DNA of 64,000 nucleotides from Amoebophrya sp. A120 (lineage: Eukaryota > Protista > Dinoflagellata): NCBI GenBank assembly GCA_905178155.1, contig CAJINV010000006.1, forward strand, positions 1,241,876 through 1,305,875, written 5' to 3'. Below are positions 51,401-62,958 of the stretch, piece after piece (position 1 is the first letter of the stretch; each line of letters starts with the position of its first letter). Position numbers and translations under genes: made by a program. Below the pieces are notes generated by a model, which saw only the letters and a program-made list of their open reading frames with translations, was not told the DNA's origin and made no database searches.

Positions 51401-52827
51401 GCAAAATTGCCATCAGCCTCCACTTGATCAAGGTGCTTGGCATGACAAATTTTGGAAAGGCTAAGCAGCACGATAATCTGTGGCAAATCTGTGATGCGAA
51501 AGCTGCAATATTGCCGCATTCACTGTTGCTGTTCTTGCATTACAAATCCAGGACGACTAGGATTCGGATCTTTTTCAATTTCCCAAATCAAGCCACAGCG
51601 AAACTTCGCGAAGAGATCAGAAGGTAAAGAAAAAGAACACCGAGCTGACGCCGCGATCTCCAAAGAAGAGCAAATGACAGAAAAGAGAGGGACGTAGTGT
51701 AGGAAGGGTCGTGGATCAGTAGCACTGAGATCAAGCGAAAAGAAAAAACAAAGGAAAAAGAACGACGAAAAGACCAAGAAAGACTTCTTCACTTCATTCA
51801 TTGCGCAGGGATTTTGAACGACTAATGGTGCTCAAAGATATCACGGTAGACCATGTCATATTGCGCACGACATAGCCCACGAATTCCGAGAATTGAAGTG
51901 ATGAGCAATATGATTTACGAACCCGATTGTTGACAGCTCTCGTAATAGTCAGACTGAAAATCATGCGCGAAAAGGAAAGGAAAAAGAAGAAGCACAAACT
52001 CAAGGACACGACGCAAGATGTTCTATAAAAGAGGGAGAGAGATGACTTAGGGGTGGCGATTTGAAGTGTGTTGTTGATTGTTCCCACGGGAATGCCGTTT
52101 TACGGTGAAGACGATCAATTTGTATGTGAAAGACCCTCGTGAAATTGCATTACAAATCCATGTAACAGCTGAGAATGTAACGGTTGAGAGCGCCATAGTT
52201 GTTGGCCGCGGGGCTCATGGTGGATCTCCAGTACTACGAACAGACCAACGACAAACCGGAGGAAATGGTATGCGTTGTAAATATGTCTGGGTCTGGAACA
52301 GTGCAACTTGTGATGCTACAATTGGATCCTAAAAAAAATCTGTATTGCATGAGCAGCAAGAGCAGTCAAATTTGGCTACGCGCATCGGGCATTTGTCATG
52401 CAGAACGCGCATCGATAAGCGCTCAGAAAATCTGTGTTGCTAGGGCGGCATACATAGCAGACATCGTGGATGTGGATCATGGAAAATGTGCATGACAAAC
52501 TTGTCTTCTTTCAGACCCAGACATATTTGCAGTTGATAAATGGAAGGGTATGGAAACATGATTGGGGGGCTCTTTTACCCCGACAAAGCTTCCTCCAGTG
52601 CGTCGAGCGAGGCGGGATGTTCTTCGGCAGTAGAAAACCAAAGCCAAGGTACTGGGGCTGTAAGTGGCTTCGAGGACGAGAGTGGCGCAAAGGGCGCAGT
52701 AGAGGAGATAAGTAGTACGGGCGCTTCTAGTAATTTCGCTGGAGAAGCACAGAGTGGCGGACGGTATCGGGCTGGTGCGTCGAAGCTGAAGGAAAAAGCA
52801 GGCGGCACTGACTCTGCCGAGTTGTAG
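48411..52827 (+). CDS. Phospholipid scramblase (PLSCR)-family protein with long Gly/Pro-rich N-terminus, ~842 aa, 5 introners
   Basis: PPPGY repeats, Cys-rich CCEPCCACCCCFC, C-terminal LADAQTFKVTCPPDARAEEKALLLAAGLMVDLQYYE resembling the PLSCR C-terminal helix; spliced length 2529 nt. Confidence 0.82.
48515..48738. mobile_element. Introner family F
   Basis: DR TCCGA/TCCGA. Confidence 0.9.
48813..49068. mobile_element. Introner family E-like
   Basis: TATGACCTGCTCAAACGTTGCAATCTCAA / TTGAGATTGTAACACCTGAGCAGGTTATA; DR AGTCA/AGTCA. Confidence 0.88.
49691..49954. mobile_element. Introner family A
   Basis: DR GACAA/GACAG. Confidence 0.9.
51349..52197. mobile_element. Introner family E carrying a 594-bp nested insertion
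   Basis: DR GTTGT/GTTGT; the paralog has an empty site. Confidence 0.88.
51551..52144. mobile_element. Nested insertion with 16-bp target duplication
   Basis: TTGCATTACAAATCCA at 51535-51550 and 52145-52160. Confidence 0.7.
52269..52538. mobile_element. Introner family A
   Basis: DR AATGG/AATGG. Confidence 0.9.
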
Positions 52828-53908
52828 ATGAAAGTACGAATTTACAGATGCAAACACGTAAATTGAAGAAAGGCCACTTGAAATTGTTCGTAAAAATTAT
52901 TTCACCTTCAAAAATAGGCACAACCGTGGTTGTTCTCGTTTTTATCATCCACATCCTTTGATTGCTAAATTTCATTTTCGTGATTTTGAATGTTCACCGT
53001 GTCGACAGTGCGATTTACAGTTTCGAAACCAAAATCTAAACCCTATACATTACACTTTTTCAGAAGTTTGATCCTTGCCCACCTAGAATGAATAGTTCGA
53101 AGTGCTGCCGCGTTTGTCATGAAAAAATTAGAAATATGATTCCCCCGGTAGCGGTAAGTATGTAATACCTACCAGAATGAGCCAACAGTTCTTTTATCTG
53201 ATCCAAGTCTTGCTTTTGATTTTTTTCCAGTGCAATGCTATCATGCCGTAGTTCCCACAGATGACACGGACAACTATGAGCTCGTCGGCGTTCTGTGAAC
53301 AAACCGAGGTCGTCGAATCAGATTTGACGCAGGAATCGACTGATATCGGTTACGGTTTCGGTTGTACGTGTATACCTTGTGCCAGCTTTATCTACGAAGG
53401 AGCTGCTTCGGTCTGATAATCGTGCCCGTCCTACTCTTCTCGTCCATGATGCTTGTGCTTCGTTTGGTTTATTTTCTTTCGTTGATTTTTCGTTTCCCCA
53501 GTCGCGCGGAGGTCCTACTTTATGCGTTTTATTAGAGCTGCTGCCAGAAGTTGTTGTAGGGACAGTTCTAGGTGCCAGCATTGCCAGACCCCGTTTTCGT
53601 CCCTTCGTCTCAACATTCCGCTCGTTGTTCCCCCACTTGTTGCAGGACCCAAATACCATTTTTTTGTCGAGAAACAGCGCAAGGAGATTGTATAAGTAGT
53701 TCGTTATGCCCGGTGGACTTGTTTGAAGCATATCAGAAGGAGTATCCCTTTTTCTGTTCTATTAACACCACCGAGTACGAGCAAACACAATTACTTTAGA
53801 ACGCGCACACAGCGAAAATAGGCAGTCCGAATTCAGAAACAAAGAAACACCACTACGTGTAAAAACCCCTCTTGCACCCAAGAGCAGCATATCGACCGTG
53901 AACAAATT

Positions 53909-56900
53909 ATGGCAGCACCACCACCCCCGGGCTACGGCGCGCCACCCCCGGGTTACGGCGCGCCACCACCCGGCTACGGGCAGCCACCACCACCTGGCTA
54001 CGGCCAGCAACTCCCTGTCGCTTACGGGCAGGTGATGCAGCCACCGCAACAGGTCATGTCGGATGATATTTTCGGGCCCCAATTTAACATCAAACAGAAG
54101 GTGACGAAAAGGGACCTCCTGGAGAACACATTGGGCGTCGAAATGGGAAATTTCTACAACGTCCAACCGTTTGGGGAGAAGGGAAACAAGAACAGCGAAC
54201 TTCCCTGGAAAATGTACGTAGACGAGAAATCATATGGAAGCGTCAGGTTTGAAATCCTCAAAGTTGAAATAGTTTGTGATGCATAAAATGCAACCCACAA
54301 AATGCCTGTCTTGCAGAGTAGGCAAGGGAGGCAGATTGTAAGCCTGTTGAGGGGTACAAATAGAGCTGCTGGACTAGCATGACAAAAGGCCTCTTCCTTA
54401 CCCAAACAGCATTACAAACTGGATTTCGGCTCTACCAAATTTGTCATGCGCCACTTGAAAACTAGGCACCAGCTGGTATCCGTTTTATGCATGGCAAACT
54501 ATTTCAACTTTGACGATTTCAAACCTGACGCATCCATAAATCAGATAACTGGTGCGGAAGGATCTGTTGCGGGCCGACGAGTATCAAATGCCAATATGTC
54601 TGGCTCTGGATGAATGCAGATGTTTGTGATGCAGGTTTTGCATGACCCAGAGTGTCTGGCATGCAGGACCAGCATCACAGGTTCATCTTCGAGAGCTTCA
54701 CGATGCCTACTCTGCATGAGAAATCCGCTTGGCACAACTTTTGTTCTTCAGGCAAGACAGATTTTTGTGTGATCTGAAATGCGCATCACAAGTTGCAACC
54801 TTCCAGACCCAGACATATTTGCAATGCATAACGAGAGGCCTCACCTTCGACGTTTTCTACCCGAAAAAGGAATCGGAAGGCGGGATGAAAATTTTGGAAC
54901 TGAAAAAACCCTTCATCTATCAAATGCAAATATGCCTGGGTCTGGAAGAATGCAACTTGTGATGCTGCGTTTGGATTCCAAAAAAATCTGTATTGCATGA
55001 GCAGCAAAGGGAATGCAATTTTTGCTATGCGGCGAGCGCATTTGTCATGCGGACTAGGCATCAAGAAGCCCTTGTAAAAAATTTGTGATGCTGGGGCATG
55101 CATCACTGACATCGTGGCTCATGCAAAACGTGCATGACAAGTTTCAGAATCTTCCAGCCCGAGACATATTTGCAATGCATATCATCTGCTGCGAACCGTG
55201 CTGCGCGTGCTGTTGCTGTTTCTGCACGGGTATCAAATGGAAAAATGTTTGGGTCTGGAAGGTTGGAACTTGTGATGCTACCTCTGGACTCTGAAAAAAT
55301 CTGTATTGCATGACTAGCAAAAGGAGTCTAGTTTGTGCTACGCGGGGAGGGCATTTGTCATGCGGAGTAGGCATCAGGAAGCCCTCTAAAAATCTGTGAT
55401 GCTAGGTCGTGCATTACAGACATCCTGGGCCATGCAAAATATGCATGACAAACCCGGCAACATCCCAGACCCAGACTACACTTTTGCAATTCATAACGGG
55501 GTGTTGCAAGCCGAAATTCGAGGTCACCGCCACGGAGAATTTTCCGGGGAATAAACGAATATGCATTGCACAAGTATCGTACTTCTAGTAGGGATTCTTG
55601 CATTACAGATTTAGTCAGCATGACAAATGAAATTTCTCATGCTAATTTGGCTCAGGAAGGAGGTTTGTCATGCAGTATCGCAATTACTACGAGAACGAGT
55701 GCGATATTTTTGCAATGCATAACGTGGCGAGGCCTACAAAATCGGCTACGTGCAAGATCACTGTCAGGTGTGCGGGACCCGGGAGGAGATCCACAAAACC
55801 TCCGATGGGGGTGAAAAGCACTTGTACACGATCAAAGGCAGCTGTTGCCATATGAGAGTGCGTTACAACTCCCCCTCGTTCGCATTTCTCATGCAAAATC
55901 CCAACTCCAATTGTTCCCCTGCGTCACTATTATGCATGACAGATTCCGGAAGCTCAAACGGTACTACACGAGGCGCATGAATTTGTAATGCACAGGCTCC
56001 ACGTGTGGTGGTGTTTGTATGGCTGTTCATGCAATACAAATGCGGGGGAGGGGGGGTTGTGCACTCTCATATGCCAGTGCGGTGCCTGTTTGCCAGCCGG
56101 GGGGTCGGCTTCGTTATGAACTGCGAAAGTATCGTACTCGTGTAAATGCATTACAAATTTCCTCCGCGTGAGAAATAAAATTTGTAATGCAGATTTACGA
56201 TAAGAAAAAAATTTGTAATGCAAGACTTGCATTTATACGAGTACGATACTTTTGCAGTGGATATTCGTACCCCATTTACGACGGGGAACACCACGACCGC
56301 GAAATTGGGGAGTTCAAAAAGATGGGTGGTATGCACTGCAAAAGTATGGCACTAGTAGAAATCGCATGACAATTTTCCTCAGCGTGAGAAATGGAATTTG
56401 TAATGGTGCGGGTTTGTCATAAGAACGGAATTTGTAATGCATGACTGCGATTACTACGAGCACGATACTTTTGCAGTGGATAACCGGCGGCATTAAGCAG
56501 TTCGCGATGGAGTTGCTCGCCGACGCGCAAACCTTTCAAGTCACATGTCCCGACAACGCTCACAACGAAGAAAAGGCGTTGCTACTGGCGGCGGGATTGA
56601 TGGTGGATCTGCAGTACTACGAGCAGACAAACGACAAACCGGATGAGTTGGGCGGCTACGCAGACATGGTATGCATTGCAAAAGTATCGTACTTAGTAGG
56701 AATCGCATTACAAATTGGCTCAGCATGACAAGTAGAATTTGTCATGCTGATTTACCTCGGAAAAAAATTTGTTATGCATGACAGCAATTGCTACGAACAG
56801 TACGATACTTTTGCATTTCATACATGGTCTTTTACAACGAAAAATCTTCCATTCGGTCGTCTAGCAGCAGCGCATCCGGCGCATCCGACTACTCCCTCCG

Positions 56901-57461
56901 CGTAGCGAATTTTATCCTGAGTAAAAACGTACCCACACCAGAGTTGTCATGCGACTTTGCCATGACAGGAACATTTGTGATGCGCAACCCCATGACAGGC
57001 ATTTTCAATCGTGTTTGGGAACTTGTAATGCTGTAAACAGGATCAGCAGATCGATTTGTGATGCGGCTTTCCTTGCTAACTTGCACTACCTCACGGACTG
57101 AAACTTGTCATGCGTGACTCACAAAACTCCTAGGTTTGTGTTGCAAAATCCCCATCCTGACTCTGGTGTGGGTACGTTTTTACTCAGGATAAATTTCCCG
57201 TCGTCTTCATCTTGCAACAGTGACACGGATCATAGTTGTGGTGCAGCTGGGATGAAGATGAAAAACAAGTCGGGCAGCAGCTCTACTTCAGGGGCAGCTG
57301 GTGTCGCGGGAAAGGCAAACTATGGTGCCACCGGATGGACAACGAGCGAATGTGAAGATTTCTCGTCGGATGATGCTGGGGCAACAGCAACGAGCAGCCC
57401 GAGTACTAGGAAGGCCCAGAGTAGCGGCGCAAGTGGAGTTTTCGAAGAGAGTGAGCTTTAA
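53909..57461 (+). CDS. Phospholipid scramblase (PLSCR)-family protein, ~433 aa, 10 introners
   Basis: Spliced length 1302 nt; aligns with the uninterrupted core of the paralog at 50590-51348. Confidence 0.88.
54233..54538. mobile_element. Introner family D
   Basis: DR AATCA/AATCA; empty site in paralog. Confidence 0.95.
54582..54830. mobile_element. Introner family A
   Basis: DR ACGAG/ACGAG; empty site in paralog. Confidence 0.95.
54918..55181. mobile_element. Introner family A
   Basis: DR TCATC/TCATC; empty site in paralog. Confidence 0.95.
55231..55495. mobile_element. Introner family A
   Basis: DR ACGGG/ACGGG; empty site in paralog. Confidence 0.95.
55560..55721. mobile_element. Introner family B
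   Basis: DR ACGAA/ACGTG. Confidence 0.9.
55851..56071. mobile_element. Introner family F
   Basis: DR TGCCA/TGCCA; empty site in paralog. Confidence 0.93.
56115..56263. mobile_element. Introner family B
   Basis: DR TTCGT/TTCGT. Confidence 0.93.
56330..56482. mobile_element. Introner family B
   Basis: DR GGTGG/ACCGG; length restored relative to paralog. Confidence 0.88.
56670..56822. mobile_element. Introner family B
   Basis: DR CATGG/CATGG. Confidence 0.92.
56913..57191. mobile_element. Introner family C
   Basis: DR AATTT/AATTT. Confidence 0.92.
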
Positions 57462-58765
57462 GACGACGAAATTGTTATTTGCATCAGTGTATGTCGATGT
57501 CGTCGCCCGATCGAATAGAAGATCGTGTCATCTCTCACTGTAGTCAGAGGCAGTAGAGCACACAAGAAATGCAGACAAAAACCAATCCAAAGTAAGTACT
57601 ACACTCTGGCTTTATTCCACAAAAATCACCTTCGTGGTCGTACGAAGAAGATTTTGTATAAAAGAAATGAAGCTGAATTCTTTGGTTGTCCCTACTATAT
57701 CACGACTAGCAGGTGCTGCACCAACATCCTGCGCGATTTATGTACAATCACAAACTGTTTTTTGTTTCGCTGTGTCGCTTACGACGTCTAGGTTTTTTCG
57801 CTTCGCGTTCGCACTATAATTAAAAAATCCAAGTACTTTGAAGTTCTCCCAGACATAATTAATACCTCATCTCAACATCGCTTCGTTTCAAGTTTTTCGT
57901 CCTGGCTGTTACCCTCTCGTGAAGATGTAGACAAGCACTTCAGATTTAAGGTTCTCCATAAGTACAAGCTGCTTCTCAACAGAACTACCTAGAGAAGAAG
58001 TAATTGGAATTGCAGTTATCACCACGAGCCCGAGCACGACCGCGGGGAGGAGGACAAGTAGGAACATGTTCGCACTCATTGTTTGTGGTCATCGCCTGTA
58101 TGTTTTGAGGAAGATGTTGAGTTTCGGTGCGAAAAACAAACGGTTTCGTCGTTGATGCAGCCATATTAATCGTTGGTCACGGTCGTCGTCCTGGTTGTCA
58201 TAGTCATGGAATAAACTACGTCCTCGTCCACGACCTGCTACGTACTCGCGCGCCGCTTGACACGATAATCCCTGCTAAACAAACCACCAGAAGAGCTTCG
58301 GTATTTTTGTGATTGTTATGAATAATTTCTCATGTTGCCTTTCGCTGTCGGTCCGTAAGAACCATATCCTTTGAAGCCGCTGCCGCACAGTTCTTATTTT
58401 CGTACAGAACAATTCAAATTCTTCGTCCGTTGCGATTTTCATTTTCGTATGAAATTTCTCATTTGTCGTCCTGAGGATCGTTCTAGCCTTGTCGTCAGCT
58501 CCTGTCTGCGTCGGTTTCTCTTGGTCACGAGGAGATGAAGAACTGAAGTTTATTTCCTAGTCCCACCTGGTAACGAATTGATGAAAAAGAAAAACATCTT
58601 CAGCACAATTGTTATAGCCAGTTCCAACTACTCTCCCGTCTTCAACTCAACCTACTGCAAGAATCTAGTACAAAAGAAACCAACGACCAGCCCGAAACAG
58701 CATCAAGAGCAACATACAAGAGCAATCGCACAAAGAACTACTCCCCCAACCACCAAAACCAAAAA

Positions 58766-59161
58766 ATGGCGATCCTGAAAACTATGGCCCTCGCCGCCGC
58801 CTCGACGGCTTTGCTGGCGGGCAACGGCGGTGTCGATGCCGTGGAGGTTCTGATGTCGAATCAGAATAAAATGGCGACCGCCCAAAACAAGAAGAAGATG
58901 AGTACCGCGACCTCCACCAAGAAGACCGCTGAACTGCACAAGAAGGCGCACCACAAGAAAGCGTCTCAGCACCAGGAGAGCCAGAAGGTGTCGTCTAAAA
59001 TGTCTGAGAAGGAGAAAAACATTCTTTGTGACGAGCAGTTGAAGGCTTACTGTGAAATCAAGGGTAAGACCAGCACCATCGAAAAAATGGCAGCCGATGC
59101 GGCCAAGGCGTCCCTCGACGCGCAGGGTTGCAGCACAACCTGCCCCGGCTCTTGCCGTTGA
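58766..59161 (+). CDS. Small secreted Lys-rich protein with Cys tail, copy 1 (intronless), 131 aa
   Basis: Signal-peptide-like MAILKTMALAAASTALLAG; caaaaaATG context; three paralogs. Confidence 0.85.
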   Translation: MAILKTMALAAASTALLAGNGGVDAVEVLMSNQNKMATAQNKKKMSTATSTKKTAELHKKAHHKKASQHQESQKVSSKMSEKEKNILCDEQLKAYCEIKGKTSTIEKMAADAAKASLDAQGCSTTCPGSCR

Positions 59162-60406
59162 GTTTTTTGCGTCGTCTGGTGACGTCGGTCGTTCAAACTA
59201 CAATCAAAAGGGACGTCGAAACAGCAGCTGCAGAATTGGAAATCCCTTTACAGAGGTGGGAGAAGATAACAACCCACGCGAAGTAGAACGACAACTACTT
59301 TCTGTATATGTCTTGTCGCTAGCAGTTGCACTTCGTCTTCATGTTCATCTCATCAGCCAAGAATGAATCACTCCTCCAGTTTTATTCATACAAATGTAGT
59401 GTATCAGTTTCACGTATTATTATTACGTTCTTGCACAGTATGCTAGTCCCTGCTTCCTCTGCTCGTGCGTATCCCGCATGGTGATGACATTGAGAGCAGC
59501 CCAGCCTTTTTTTGTCCCACCACAAAAAATCTTTAGCATAAACTCCACTTTCCAACTCGAAAAATAATTAGACAAATCATTTATCGTAGCTAAGAATTTA
59601 GCAAGTAAAAAGAAACCATCTCAAAGAAATTTTAGAGTTCATCTGCATACATCACGACATGGATGCTGAAGACCATTTAGCAATCCGACGCAGCCCCCCT
59701 ATCAGTACCCCTGATAAGCACAAGGCCGTCAGACACAACGCGCGCAAACAAGAGTATCAGAAAGCTCTATCCCAAGCGAGTGCATCATTCACAAAATAGC
59801 AGAAGTAGCAGCCGCACTTTTTCTGTTATTTTGAGCCTTGGTCAAGAAGATCGGTTGTCGCACCACGACTCTTTCCTAACAATCATCACTCGGCTCGGTC
59901 GTCGTCTCCTCGGATTGATTCGGTTGTTGTGACTCATTGTTCGAGGTAGAACCTACAGCAACTGGAGTTTCGGTTTTTTATGCGTAGCCGTCCGTTCTCG
60001 AAAGCGTGCCACTCTGCGAAAGATGTTTCGTTTTTCGGCGTCCGTTGTAATTCCAAGTCATTCGTTCACACGATGTTTAAAATAAAAGTACTCGTTTTCT
60101 TTTCTGGGCTTGCCCCTGTCGTCCTCGTCCTTAGTCTCGTCCTAGTATTAGTAAGCCTCGTCGTTTTTCTGAAGTAATTATCTGTTCCCCCTAGTAACGA
60201 AAACGAATCGACAAAGAAAGCAAAAATATCAGCACAATTGTAGCCAGTTCCAACTAGTACTCTCCCGTCTACAACTCCTACTGCAGTCTAGTAAGAAAGA
60301 AACCAACGACCAGCCTAAAAACACCCAAAGAAACGACGCCACAAAGCTATACAGCATCAAGAACAAAAATCGGACAAAGAACCCCCCCAACAACCAAGAC
60401 CAAAAA

Positions 60407-61083
60407 ATGGCGATCCTGAAGAACGTGGTCCTCGCCGCCGCCTCGACGGCTTTGCTGGCGGGCAACGGCGGTGTCGATGCCGTCGAGGTTCTGATGTCGA
60501 ATCAGAACAAGATCGCGACCGCCAAAAACATATGCATTGCAAATATGTCTGGGTCCTCTGGAAGAATGCAAGACTTGTCATGCACATTTTGCGTGACCAC
60601 CATGACGTCTGTGATGCATGCCCTAGCATCGCAGACTTTTCGAGGGCTTTCTGATGCGTAAACTGCATGAGAAATAATGCCCTCTCCGCGTAGCACAAAG
60701 TCGACTCCTCTTGCCGGGCATGCAATACAAATTTTTTTGGAATCCAAACGCAGCATCACAAGTTGCCATCTACTTCCAGACCCAGACATTTTTGCATTTG
60801 ATAAAACAAGAAGAAGATGAGCACGGCGACCTCCACCAAGAAGACCGCTGAGCTGCACAAGAAGGCGCACCACAAGAAAGCGTCTCAGCACCAGGAGAGC
60901 GAGAAGGTGTCGTCTAAAAAAATGTCTGAGAAGGAGAAAAACATTCTTTGTGACGAGCAGTTGAAGGCTTACTGTGAACTCAAGGGTAAGACCAGCACCC
61001 TCGAAAAAATGGCAGCCGATGCGGCCAAGGCGTCCCTCGACGCGCAGGGTTGCAGCACAACCTGCCCCGGCTCTTGCCGTTGA
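60407..61083 (+). CDS. Small secreted protein, copy 2 (one introner)
   Basis: Removing 60531-60808 gives ATAKNKKKMSTATS, matching copy 1. Confidence 0.88.
60531..60803. mobile_element. Introner family A
   Basis: DR AAACA/AAACA; empty site in copies 1 and 3. Confidence 0.95.
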
Positions 61084-62334
61084 GTTTTTTGCGTCGTCTG
61101 GTGACGTCGGTCGTTCAAACTACAATCAAAAGGGACGTCGAAACAGCAGCTGCAGAACTGGAAATCCCTTTACAGAGGTGGGAGAAGATAACAACCCACG
61201 CGAAGTAGAACGACAACTACTTTCTGTATATGTCTTGTCGCTAGCAGTTGCACTTCGTCTTCATGTTCATCTCATCAGCCAAGAATGAATCACTCCTCCA
61301 GTTTTATTCATACAAATGTAGTGTATCAGTTTCACGTATTATTATTACGTTCTTGCACAGTATGCTAGTCCCTGCTTCCTCTGCTCGTGCGTATCCCGCA
61401 TGGTGATGACATTGAGAGCAGCCCAGCCTTTTTTTGTCCCACCACAAAAAATCTTTAGCATAAACTCCACTTTCCAACTCGAAAAATAATTAGACAAATC
61501 ATTTATCGTAGCTAAGAATTTAGCAAGTAAAAAGAAACCATCTCAAAGAAATTTTAGAGTTCATCTGCATACATTACGACATGGATGCTGAAGACCATTT
61601 TATTTAGCAATCTGACGCAGCGGCCCCCCTATCAGTACCCCTGATAAGTACAAGGCCGTCAGACACAACGCGCGCAGGCCAAAGTATCAGAAAGCTCTAT
61701 CCCAACAAGCGAGTGTATCACTTACAAAATAGCAGAAGGAGCAGCCGCGCTTTTTCTGTTATTTTGAGCCTTGGTCAAGAAGATCGGTTGTCACGCCACG
61801 ACCCTTTCCTAACAATCATCACTCGGATCGGTCGTCGTCTCTTGCGATTCGGTTGTTGTGACTCATGGTTCGTAGAACCTGCAGCAACTAGAGTTTCGGT
61901 GTTCATATTTTATGCGTAGCCGTCCGCTCTCGAAAGCAAAGCGTGCCACTTTGCGAAAGATGTTTCGTTTTTTGGCGTCCGTTGCAATTTCAAGTCAGAT
62001 TCGTTCACATGATGTTTAAAATAAAGCACTTGTTCTCTTTTCTGTCGTCCTCGTCCTAATTCTCGTCCTAGTATTAGTAAGCCTCGTCGTTTTTCTGAAG
62101 TAATTATCTGTTTCCCCTAGCACCCAAAACGAATCGACAAAGAAAGCAAAAATATCAGCACAATTATAGCCAGTTCCAACTACTCTCCCGCCTAGCACTC
62201 CTACTGCAGTCTAGTACAAAAGAACCCAACGACCAGCCCTAAAACCCCAAAGAAACGACGCCATAAAGCTATACAGCATCAAGAGCAACAAGAGCAATCG
62301 CACAAAGAACTGCCCCAACCACCAAAACCAAAAA

Positions 62335-62958
62335 ATGGCGACTTTGAAGAACATTGTCCTCGCCGCCGCCTCGATGGCTTTGCTGGCGGGCAACAGCGGA
62401 GTCGACGCCGTGGAGGTTCTGATGTCCAACCAGAACAAGATCGCCACCGCCCAAAACAAGAAGAAGACCGCTGAGCTGCACAAGAAGGTGCACAAAGCGG
62501 CGTCTCAGCACCAGGAGAGCAAGAAAACCGCGACGCTGTCGAAGGAAGGGGCTACGCCCCTGATTTGCGACCCTATCCAAACGGAACTGTGTCGCGCTAA
62601 AAATTATGGAACCAAAATCTTGCAGCTAAGAGCAATAATTCTTCATGTAGCTGCTATAGTTCCCCCCCTCCTCCTTTTTTTTTCTGATACAGATACTGTG
62701 TCTGCTTTTGCCTTTGCATGTGCTAAAAGCGTAGTAAGATAAATCAAAATTTGGTATGCATACTAATCAATACCCAACACTGTGGCAAAAAAAAGGAACG
62801 GATCGGAAAACTAGTAGCAACAACTGCTCAAGCTCAAGATTTTGCTATAGGATATGTACGCTAATCCAGCCGAACCCATTAACGTTGCGACCCAAACTGC
62901 GTTGCTCGAGGCGGCTGGGTGCACAGTGAAAAGCTGCTCCACGGGTTGCTGCCGCTAA
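62335..62958 (+). CDS. Small secreted protein, copy 3 (one introner at a different site)
   Basis: ...LCRAKN-ANPAEPINVATQTALLEAAGCTVKSCSTGCCR* aligns with the copy 1 tail. Confidence 0.78.
62605..62854. mobile_element. Introner, minor family J (old)
   Basis: TATGGAACCAAAATCTTGCAGCTAAGAGCA / TGCTCAAGCTCAAGATTTTGCTATAGGATA; DR decayed; frame restored. Confidence 0.65.

Noticed and set aside
54581-54835. Canonical GT-AG splicing where the DR ends in G (GTAT...)
   Set aside because: A GT start forces a GA end and an AG end forces a TA start; no register gives both. Many other elements have no G at that position.
53909-57461. CRISPR-like repeat-spacer array
   Set aside because: The repeats are inverted termini of 150-300 nt elements, the spacers are exons, and no cas genes are present.
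54233-60808. Ciliate-type IES (DNA elimination)
   Set aside because: Standard genetic code, variable 5-nt duplications and coexisting GT-AG introns favour introners; DNA-level excision cannot be strictly excluded without cDNA and genomic reads.
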